Below are positions 18,211 through 33,997 of a stretch of DNA of 64,000 nt, in pieces (the stretch's first letter is position 1; every line of letters begins with the position of its first letter). Location: the NCBI RefSeq assembly GCF_009914755.1, contig NC_060936.1, one strand, 5' to 3'. Made by a program: the position numbers and the translations under genes. The stretch is from the human T2T-CHM13v2.0 reference genome, Homo sapiens. The notes beneath the pieces are model-generated. The model saw nothing but the letters and a program-made list of their open reading frames with translations, ran no database searches and was not told the origin of the DNA.

Positions 18211-18646
18211 ACAGCTTAGAAGTCATAAATACTGGAAACTACTCTTAACTCTGAAGAAAAATTACTTGTTCAGGGACAAGGTGGCAGGCGGGAGGCAGGA
18301 CTAGTTTGCAGCTCCGACTCGGATGGACGTAGCAGTGTGTGGAGGCTCACATAGTGAATTTTTGCTCCAGAATCACTACAGGAATAAATCAGGAAAACTG
18401 GGAGGACCCGTAGACCCTCTGAAAGAAGCAGATTGCTCCTGCAGGACCTGAGAGACAACCCAAATACTGTGCTGGTACTCACAGCTGAGCCACAGATGGT
18501 TCACATCACAGAACTCTGTGCAGACAACCCCCAGTACCAGCCCAGAGCCTGGTAGACTTGCTGGGTGGCTAGATCCAGAAGAGAGATAACAATCACCACA
18601 GCCTGGCTCTCAGAATCCACACCCACAGGAAGAAAGGGAGAATACC

Positions 18647-18943
18647 GGCCAGGCACAGTGGCTCACGCCTGTAATCCCAGCACTTTGGGAGGTCAAGGTG
18701 GGTGGATCACCTGAGGTCGGGAGTTCAAGACCAGCCTGACCAACACAGAGAAACCCTGTCTCTACTAAAAATACAAAGTTAGCCTGGTGTGGTGGCAGGT
18801 GCCTGTAATCCCAACTACTCGGGAGGCTGAGGCGGGAGAATCACTTGAGCCCAGGAGACGAAGGTTGCGGTAAGCCTAGATTGTGCCATTGCACTCCAGC
18901 CTGGGCAACAAGAGTGAACTCCGTCTCAAAAAAAAAAAAAAAA
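18647..18943 (+). mobile_element. AluS nested in the L1PB 5'UTR
   Basis: TSD aaagggagaatacc. Confidence 0.92.
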
Positions 18944-20260
18944 GGAAAAGAAAAAAAGGGAGAATACCACTCCGAGGGAACATGCCATGGGACAAAAGAA
19001 TCTGAACAACAGCCTTCAGTACTAGACATTACCTCTGAGAGAGCCTACCCAAATGAGAAAGAACCAGAAAAACAACTCTGGTAATATGACAAGACAAGGT
19101 TCTTTAACACCTCCAACAAATCACAACAGCTCACCAGCAATGGACCCAAACCAAGAAGAAATCCCTGATTTACTTGAAAAAGAATTCAGGAGGTTAGTTA
19201 TTAGGCTAATCAGGGAGGCACCAGAAAAAGGCAAAGCCCAATGTAAGGAAATCCAAAAAATGATACAAGAAGTGAAAGAAGAAATATTCAAGGAAATAGC
19301 ATAAATAAAAACCAATCAAAACTTCAGGAATAAATAGACACACTCATAGAAATGCGAAATGCTATAGAAAGTCTCAGCAATAGAATTGAACAAGTAGAGG
19401 AAACAAATTCAGAGCTCGAAGACAAGGTCTTTGAATTAACCCAATCCGACAAAGACAAAGAAAAAAAGAATAAGAAAACATGAACAAAGCCTCCAAGAAG
19501 TCTGGGATTATGTTAAACAACCAAACCTAAGAATAATTGGTGTTCCTAAGGAGGAAGAGAAATCTAAAAGTTTAGAAAACATATTTGGGGGAATAATTGA
19601 GGAAAACTTCCCTGACCTTGCTACAGACCTAGACATCCAAACACAAGAAGCACAAAGAACACCTGGGAAATTCATCACAAAAAGATGATTGCCTAGGCTC
19701 ATTGTCATCAGGTTATCTAAAGTTAAGATGAAGGAAAGACTCTTAAGAGCTGTGAGACAGAAGCACCAGGTAACCTGTAAGGGAAAATCTATCAGATTAA
19801 TAGCAGGTTTCTCAGCAGAAACCCTAGAAACTAGAAGGGATTCCAGCCCTATCTTCAGCTTCCTCAAACAAAACAATTATCAGCCAAGAATTCTTTATCT
19901 AGTGAAACTAAGCTTCACATGTCAAGTAAAGATACAGTGTTTTTCAGAAAAACAAATGCTGAGACAATTTACCACTATCAAGCCACCACTACGAGAACTG
20001 CTAAAACGAGCTCAAAATCTTGAAACAAATCCTGGAAACACAACAGAACCTCTTTAAAGCATAAATTTCAGAGATCTATAAAACAAAAATTAAAAAAAAA
20101 ATTAAAAAATTAACAATTAAAAAAAAAAAACAAGGTATACAAGCAACGAATAGCATGATGAATGGAATGGTACCTCACGTCTCAATACTAACATTGAATG
20201 TAAGTGGCCTAAATGCTCCACTTAGAAAATACAGAACTGCAAAACAGATAAGAATTCACC

Positions 20261-21324
20261 TGTTGTGGGAAGTCAGGGACCCTGAACAGAGGGACCAGCT
20301 GGAGCCACAGCAGAGGAGTATAAATTGTGAAGATTTCATGGACATTTATCACTTCCCTAATAATATTCTTATAATTTTTTATGCCTGTCTTACTTTAATC
20401 TCTTAATCCTGTTATCTTCGTAAATTGAGGATGTATATCACCTCAGGTCCACTGTGATGAATGCGTTAACTATACAAATTGATTGAAAAACGTGTGTTTG
20501 AACAATATGAAATCAGTGCACCTTGAAAAAAAAAAACAGAATAACAGCGATTTTCAGGGAACAAGGGAAGACAACCATAAGGTCTGACTGCCTGCGGGGT
20601 TGAGCAGAACAGAGCCATATTTTGCTTCTTGCAGAGAGCCTATAAACGGACGTGCAAGTAGTGAAGATATCGCTAAATTCTTTTCCTAGCAAGGAATATT
20701 AATAATTAAGACCCTGGGAAAGGAATTGCATTCCTGGGGGGAGGTCTATAAATGGCCTCTCTGGAAGTGTCTGTCTTATGCGGTTGAGATAAGGACTGAA
20801 ATATGCCCTGGTCTCCTGCAGTACCCTCAGGCTTATGAGGGTTGGGAAAAGACCACTCCCCAGTAAATTTGAGGTCAGACCAGTGATCTGATCTTGAACC
20901 CTGTTTTCTGTTGTTTAAGATGTTTATCAAGACAATACATGCACAGCTGAACATAGACCCTTATTAGGAGTTTTTGATTTTGCCCTTTGCCTTGTGATCT
21001 TTGCTTTACCCTTTGCCTTGTGATCTTTATTGGCCTCAAAAGCATGTGATCTTTGTTCTCCTTTTTGCCCTTTGAAGCATGTGATCTTTGTGACCTACTC
21101 CCTGTTCATACACCCCCTCCCCTTTTGAAGTCCTTAATAAAAACCTGCTGGTTTTGCGGCTCAGGTGGGCATCACGGTCCTACCACCATGTGATGTCACC
21201 CCCTGGCGGCCCAGCTGTAAAATTCCTCTCTTTGTACTCTTTCTCTTTATTTCTCAGATTGGCCGACACTTAGGGAAAACAGAAAGAACCTACATTGAAA
21301 TACTGGGGACAGGTTCCCCCAATA
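20261..21324 (+). mobile_element. MER11 (ERVK/HML8-type) solo LTR nested in L1 ORF2
   Basis: starts tgttgtgggaagtcagggaccc, ends ggttcccccaata; 6-bp TSD ttcacc at 20255-20260 and 21325-21330; TATA-like ctataaa ~20747, aataaa ~21136. Confidence 0.9.
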
Positions 21325-21733
21325 TTCACCAACCATCTGCTGCCTTCAAGAGACTCACCTAACAAATAAGGACTCACACAAACTTAAGGTAAAGGGGTGG
21401 AAAAAGACATTTCATGCAAATGGACATTAAAAGCAAGCAGGAGTAGCTATTCTTGTATCAGACAAACCTTAAAGGAACAGCAGTTAAAAAAGACAAAGAG
21501 GGACATTATACAATGATAAAAGGCCTTGTGCAACAGTAAACTATCACAATCCGAAACATACATGCACCTAACACTGGAGTTCCCAAATTTATAAAACAAT
21601 TACTAATAGGCCTAAGAAATGAGATAGATAGCAACACAATAATAGTGGGGGATTTCAATACTCAACTGACAGCACTAGACAGGTCATCAAGACAGAAAGT
21701 CAACAAAGAAACAATGGATTTAAACTATACTCC

Positions 21734-22060
<327 letters not shown>

Positions 22061-24177
22061 TTAACAGATACTTACAGAACATTCCATTCAACAACTGCAG
22101 AATATACATTCTATTCAACAGAGCATGGAACTTTCTCCAAGAGACAGACCATATGATAGGCCACAAAAAAAGCCTCAATAAATTTAAGAAAGTTGAAATT
22201 ATATCAAGCACTCTCTCAGATGACAATGGAATAAAACTGGAAATCTACTTCAAAGGAACCTTCAAAACCATGCAAATACCTGGAAATTAAATAACCTGCT
22301 CCTGAATGATCACTGGGTCAAAAATGAAATCAAGATGGAAATTAAAAAATTCTTCGAACTGAACAACTATAGTGACAAAACCTATCAAAACCTTTGGGAC
22401 ACAGCAAAGGTGGTGCTGAGAGGAAAGTTCATAGTTCTAAATGCCTACATCAAAAAGTCTGAAACAGCACAAACAGACAACCTAAGGTCACACCTCAAGG
22501 AACTAGAGAAACAAGAACAAACCAAACCCAAACCCAGCAGAAGAAAGGCAATGACCAATATCAGAGAAGAACTAAATGAAATTGAAACAAACAAAAACAA
22601 TACAAAAGACAAATTAAACAAAAAGCTGTTTCTTTGAAAAGATAAATAAAATTGATAGACCACTGGCAAGATTAACCAAGAAGAGAAAAAATCCAAATAA
22701 GTTCAGTAAGAAACAAAACAGGAGATACTACAACTGACACCACAGAAATACAAAAGGTCATTCAAGGCAACTATGAACATCTTTATGTGCATATACTAGA
22801 AAACCTACAAGAGATGGAAGAATTCCTGGAAAAATACAACCCTCCTAGCTTAAATCAGGAAGAATTAGATAGTCTGAACAGACCAATAACAAGCAGCCAA
22901 ACTGAAATGATAATTTAAAAATTACCAACAAAAAAAAGTCCAGGACCAGCTAAAAAAAAACACAAAACTTAGGAATATACCTAACCAAGGAAGTAAAAGA
23001 CCTCTACAAGGAAAACTACAAAACACTGCATTAATGTTAGTTACAAAACACTGCTGAAAGAAGTCATAGACGACACAAACGAATGGAAACACATCCCAAT
23101 GCTCATTGATGGGTGGAATCAATATTGGGAAAATGGCCATACTGCCAAAAGCAATTTACAAATTCAATGCAATTCCCATCAAAATACCACCATCATTCTT
23201 CACAGAACTAGAAAAAAAATTCAAAATCTCATATGGAACCAAAAAAGAGTCTGCATGGCCAAAGCAAGACTAAGCAAAAAGAACAAAACTGGAGGCATCA
23301 TATTACCTGATTTCAAACTATACTATAAGGCCATACTCATCAGAACAGCATGGTACTGTATAAAAATAGGCACACAGACCAATGGAACAGAATAGAGAAT
23401 CCAGAAGTAAACCCAAATACTTACAGCTAACTGATCTTCAACAAGGCAAACAAAAACATAAAGTGGGGAAAGGACACACTTTTCAACAAATGGTGCTGGG
23501 ATAACTGGCTAACCATATGTGGGAGAATGAAACTGGATCTTCTTCTCTCACTTTACACAAAAATCAACTCAAGATGGATTAAGGACTTAAATCTAAGCCC
23601 TGAAACTATAAAAATTCTAGAAGATAACATTGGAAAGACTCTTCTACACATTGGCTTACACGAGGATTTCATGACCAAGAACCTAAAGGGGAATGTAATA
23701 AAAGTAAAGATAAATTGCTGACACTTAATTAAACAGCTTTGCACAGCAAAAGGAACAGTTAGAAGAGTAAACAGACAACCCACAAAGTGGGAAAAACTCT
23801 TCACAATCTATATACATCTGACAAAGGACTAATATCCAGAAGCTACAATGAACTCAAATCAACAAGAAAAAAACAAACAATCCCACCAAAAAGGGATTGA
23901 TGGCTGAGACAATGAGTAGACAGTTCTCAAAAGAACATATACAAATGGCCAACAAACATAGAAAAAAATGCTCAACATCACTAATGATCAGGGAAATGCA
24001 AATCAAAACCACAATGCGATATCACCATTCTCACTTCAAGAAAGGCCATAATCAAAAAATAGTACATGTTGGCATTGATGCAGTGAACAGAGAATACTTC
24101 CACACCGCTGGTGGGAATATAAACTAGTACAACCACTATGGAAAACAGTGTGGAGATTCCTTAAAGAGCTAAAAGTA

Positions 24178-24447
24178 GGCAGAGCATGGTGGCTCCCGCC
24201 TGTCATCCCAGCACTTTAGGAGGCTGACGCGGGCAGATCACAAGGTCAGGAGTTCAAGATCAGCCTGGTTAACATGTTAAAATTTTGTAAAAATACAAAA
24301 ATTAGCTAGATGCAGTGGTGCTACTCAGGAGGCTGAGGGAGGGGAATCGCTTGAACCCAGGAAGTGGAGGTTACAGTGAGCCTAGATCGTGCTGCTGCAC
24401 TCCAGCCTGGGCAACAGAGTAAGACTCCATCTCAAAAAACAAAAAAG
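24178..24447 (+). mobile_element. AluS with internal deletions, nested in the L1 3' region
   Basis: TSD ctaaaagta. Confidence 0.88.
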
Positions 24448-24629
24448 GCACTAAAAGTAGAACTACCATTTGATCCAGCAATCCCACTACTTGGTATCCA
24501 CCCAGAGGAAAAGAAGTCATTATATGAAAAAGATACTTGCACACACGTTTATAGCAGCAAAACTCGCAATTACAAAACGTGGAACCAACCCAAATGCCCA
24601 GCAATCAATGAAAGGATAAAGAAACTGTG

Positions 24630-24730
24630 GTGGGTGGGGGTGTTTGTGTGTGTGTATGTATATACATACATATATGTGCGTGTGTATATATATGTATATA
24701 CATACATGTGTGTATGTGTGTATATATATG
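24630..24730. repeat. (TG)/(TA) mixed microsatellite within the L1
   Basis: read directly from the sequence. Confidence 0.9.
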
Positions 24731-25149
24731 ATGGAATACTACTCAGCCATAAAAAGGAATGAATTAATGGCATTTGCAGCAACCTGGATGAGACTGGAGA
24801 CTATTATTCTAAGTGAAGTAACTCAGAAACAGAAAACTAAACATCGTATGTTCTTCCTCATAACTGGGAGCTAAGCTATGAGAATGCAAAAGCATAAGAA
24901 TGATACAATGGACTTTGAGGACTCAGGGGGAAAGGGTGGGAAGGGGGTGAGGGATAAAAGACTACAAATAGGGTACAGTGTATACTGCTCCAGTGATGGG
25001 TGCAGCAAAATCTCACAAATCACCACTAAACAACTTACTTATGTAACAAAACACCACCTTTTCCCCAATAACCTATGGAAATAAAAAATTTTTTTAAATA
25101 AAAATAAAATAGAATAAAATTTTTAAAAATTACTTGTTCAATGATATAT

Positions 25150-25155
25150 TTTATT
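25150..25155 (-). terminator. Candidate poly(A) signal AATAAA for the alternative last exon
   Basis: tttatt on + strand, ~220 nt after the TGA; followed on the minus strand by a U-rich tract (antisense L1 tail). Confidence 0.55.
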
Positions 25156-25239
25156 TAAGAAAAACAATTATGGGGGCATGGCTGGAATACTATGATTATG
25201 CAATAACAGACAATGGCCGTGGTGAATACAGGGGCAAAG

Positions 25240-25390
25240 GGGAGCAGTGTAATACAGTGGAGAAAAAACAATGAATTTAGATTTACAAGACAATGCTTGA
25301 GTTTCAACTGTGCCATTTTACTCCCTATGAGATGCAGAGCAGATGTCTTCCTTCATCTATCTTGAGTTTTCTCATCTGCTTAGGAAGGCA
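25240..25390 (+). mobile_element. Diverged MIR hosting the alternative last exon on its antisense strand
   Basis: gcagtgtaatacagtggagaaa ... ctgtgccattttact ... gagttttctcatctg resemble the MIR head and core. Confidence 0.6.
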
Positions 25391-25391
25391 G
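25372..25391 (-). CDS. BLTP3B: Alternative last exon, coding part: (T)AFLSR-stop; predicted 522-aa short isoform
   Basis: long pyrimidine tract ending ctctcag|CT GCC TTC CTA AGC AGA TGA, in phase with exon 12; minus-strand AATAAA at 25150-25155; I recall an annotated ~522-aa isoform but cannot verify it here. Confidence 0.75.
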
Positions 25392-25490
25392 CTGAGAGAA
25401 ACAAATGAGAAACACACACAGATAAACAAAACAAAACAAAAAACCACAAAAGATTGTTGAAACATGAAGATAGGATTAAATGCCAGAAGG

Positions 25491-27781
<2,291 letters not shown>

Positions 27782-27892
27782 AAGGAACAATACAGTTTTA
27801 TTTATTTTTCATATTTATAAAACTCAAAAATATTAACAAGAAAAAAATACTTTCTCAAATAATGGACAAATAATAATTAAAAACTCTCTTAC

Positions 27893-28034
27893 TTGGAAAA
27901 TCCTTTCCATCTGGATAGTAATATTCTGTGAATTCTATATAGACAGCTGACATTTCTTGTGGAAGATATAGGGATTTTTTATTGCAGCAAATCATGCTTT
28001 TGGGGGAAGAACGACATTGTTCCGCTGTAGAGAC
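27893..28034 (-). CDS. BLTP3B: Exon 12 (142 nt): VSTAEQC...YYYPDGKDFP(I)
   Basis: tttcag|GTCTCT ... CAA|gtaaga; phase 0 to 1. Confidence 0.96.
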
Positions 28035-28571
28035 CTGAAAAGATAAATAAGTTTACTGAAATCACACTGAATAAAAACCTTTCCAAATAATTTATGCAAC
28101 CCAGACAGTACTTTTAAAACTACTTACAAAACTTTGCTAATGGTTAATTTCCAGTGTAAACTTTATTATATATTTAACTTCACATGGAATTATTTTTAAA
28201 CACCCATCAACTATTCAGAAAACTCTATAATCTTTTTGGATCCTTATCAATCACAAAATCAACACTGTACAATATTCCTTACAAACTTATTATTGTGAGC
28301 CTTAAAAACAACAGAAAAATGATAACGATATTCTATCAGATAATATAGATAAGTAAATGGCAGTCAGGACATAGATCCAAGTCCTCAAATCCAGAATGCT
28401 TCCCCGTACGCTGTTTAAAATAATCTTTACCATAATCTCTCCATTACCATGAAAAGTAACAGAGCTATATACAGTTTCTGCTTGAGATAATAAAAATTCT
28501 GGAGACAAATAATGGTACTGGTTACACAACAACGTGAATGTGCTTAACGACAATTATTATATAATATATAG

Positions 28572-28720
<149 letters not shown>

Positions 28721-28727
28721 GATATTA

Positions 28728-28785
28728 TTAGGTTGGTGCAAAAGTAATTGCAGTTTTGCCATTACTTTCAATGGCAAAAACCTAA
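28728..28785. mobile_element. MADE1 (Hsmar1 MITE) with right TIR internally deleted
   Basis: TA + ttaggttggtgcaaaagtaattgc...ttgccattactttcaatggcaaaaacctaa. Confidence 0.88.
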
Positions 28786-28934
28786 ATATGTATATGTGTG
28801 TGTATATATATATAATTATTATTGTAAATTCAGTCATACCTTACCACAATAAAAAATTAATTTAAAAATAATAGCTATAAACACTTCCGTCAAATAGTTT
28901 GATCGCTCGAATTCATTTTCCAAAAAGACTATGT

Positions 28935-31352
<2,418 letters not shown>

Positions 31353-31609
31353 TATTAGTTTTAAGGTTCTGGTTACATTTTTTTCACCCCCCAAAACCAG
31401 CTAATGTCATCAAAAATGTATATATTAATATTCACAAAGTTCAACCAATAAAGTTTTATCAGTTTCATTTATTTGTTTTAGTTTAGTATACCCAGAGATG
31501 TTTTTTTTTCCATTCATCATTCAATAGACGTGTATATGTCTCATATGAAGTAGAATAATTTTTCAATGGTTTACTTACGTTTCCTCTTATATAAACTGCC
31601 TCAGCAATC

Positions 31610-31914
<305 letters not shown>

Positions 31915-32305
31915 AAATTGCTTAATCAATCATTTTAATTTGTATAGTCTTTATAAATTCAAGTCAGTTCCTTACAGTATCTAATTAAAAAGCTTTTCTC
32001 TGCATATATGGAAACAAATTCTTTTCAATTCAAAATGTCAACTTATTTTAACAAATAACGGCTTATTCTTTTTTCCTCTAATAGTTAAAAACCTATTCGA
32101 ATTGGGACAAACATACTATCTTATGTTCTTCTACTTACTTTTGTTTATTTTGTTTTGTGTTTGGTGTGGTTGCATATATATATGTGGGGTTTCTTACTGT
32201 ATTTCACTCACAACCATGTGGGATTATAAGTGATTCCTCTTTCTCATTTCCACATAAATTTATTTAAATCCTAAAATTTAAAGTCTTTTAAAAAGCTGGA
32301 GCATA

Positions 32306-32610
32306 TGGTCATGCACCATATAATGACATTTCTGCCAATGACAGGCCACTTATAAGATGTGGATCCCATAAGATTATAACACAGCTTTTATACTGTATTT
32401 ACTGTATTTTTACTGTATATTTTCTATGTTTGGTAAGGTTTAAATACACAAATACCATTGTGTTATAACTGCTACGGTATTCAATACAGTAACATGATAT
32501 ACAAGATTAAAGCCTAGGAGGAATAGGATATACCATACATATAGCCTAGGAGTTTAAGTAGGCTACATACCATCTAAGTACAGTTAATGATGTTAAGCAA
32601 CACATGACTG
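32306..32610. mobile_element. Tigger3a/MER7-type DNA transposon
   Basis: TA-flanked, termini tggtcatgc / catgactg, internal cccataagattataa. Confidence 0.8.
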
Positions 32611-32663
32611 TATATCGAATGTAAAGTAAGTAGTAACTGCATAATGAGAAAATAACTGTTAAA

Positions 32664-32880
32664 TCAGTTTCTAAACATTGGCACTTCTGACGTTTTAAGC
32701 TAGATAATTCTTCATTGTGGGGAACTGACCAGCACATTGTAGGATTTAACAGGCGGCATCACTGGTCTTTACTCACTAGAGGTCAGCAGCATCCCTGTCC
32801 AGTTGTGACAACCAAAACTATCTTCAGATATTGCCAAATGTCCCCTGGGGGGCAAAATTGGTCCCAGAGGGGAATCACTG
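32664..32880 (+). mobile_element. MER20 (hAT-Charlie)
   Basis: ccagttgtgacaaccaaaactatcttcagatattgccaaatgtcccctggggggcaaaattg. Confidence 0.88.
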
Positions 32881-33277
32881 AGTTAAATAAAAACTTTTCA
32901 CATAAAACTAAGTCTCAAAGCCACAGACTTATCAAAATAAACCAGAACAATTTATAAATGATAAATCTAGAAATCTTTTATTTTTTAAGAATAGATCATA
33001 TATTATCGTGTTGGTCTCAAACATTGCAATTAGACCACGTTAGGTGATTATAAACTGAGTAAGATTGTTAGTATAAATAGGACAGAGTTCTTAGCTATAG
33101 AATTATATTCACAGTATAGCCAATACAGTATATATAGTATACTGTAGTTCCGTAAAGCAAAAAAGGCATTTTAGATCCTTCCACAGAGACTACTGTGTAA
33201 TAAGGAAATTGGTCTCCCTCTGACCCTGCTCCTGGGAAGCAACTAGGAATTGGAATTTCCTATTTATGGTTGGCCCC

Positions 33278-33687
33278 TGATATAGTTTGGATATTGTCCC
33301 CTCTAAATCTCATGTTCAATTGTAATCCCCAGTATTGGAGGTGGAGCCTGATGGGAGGTGTTTGAGTCATGGGGGCAGATACCTCATGGCTTGGTGATGT
33401 GCTCACAACAGTGAGTTCTCATAAAGTCTGGTTGATTAAAAGTATGTGGCACCTCCCTGCGCCACTCTCTGTCTTGCTCCTGCTTTTGCCATGTGACGTG
33501 CCTGCTCCTGCTTTACCTTCCACCACGTGTAAAAGTTCCCTGAGGCCTCCTCCCCAGAAGCTGAGCAGATGCCCACATCATGCTTCCAATATAGCCTGCA
33601 GAACCAAAAGCCAATTAAACTTCTTTTCTTTATAAATTATCCAGTCTCAGGTACTTCTTTACAACAACACAAGAACAGCCTAACACA
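33278..33687 (+). mobile_element. MST (MaLR) solo LTR
   Basis: TG...CA ends with 5-bp TSD gcccc at 33273-33277 and 33688-33692. Confidence 0.9.
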
Positions 33688-33997
33688 GCCCCTGACACCA
33701 CAGCTGATAGTTTATGATAGCAAAACGACGCAGGGTGGAGCTGGCCACACTTGATAGCCTAGTTGCGTTAAGAGGGTGGGGGCTTTGGGTAATCTGATTA
33801 CCAATTCACCTAGAGATTGAGTAAAACCTCATGACCAATACTTCATGCATATTGTTAAATATCCATCCATCCATATATTTACACATCTATATAGGGTTCC
33901 ACATCCTTAGAAAGCTAATAAGTCCTGAGGAAAAGTTTCACATTTCAAGTGCTCCAAGACGCTGTTTTATTATTATTACATCAGTGTACTGTGGGGG

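Noticed and set aside
28728-28785. miR-548-family precursor
   Set aside because: The right arm is deleted, so the long hairpin cannot form
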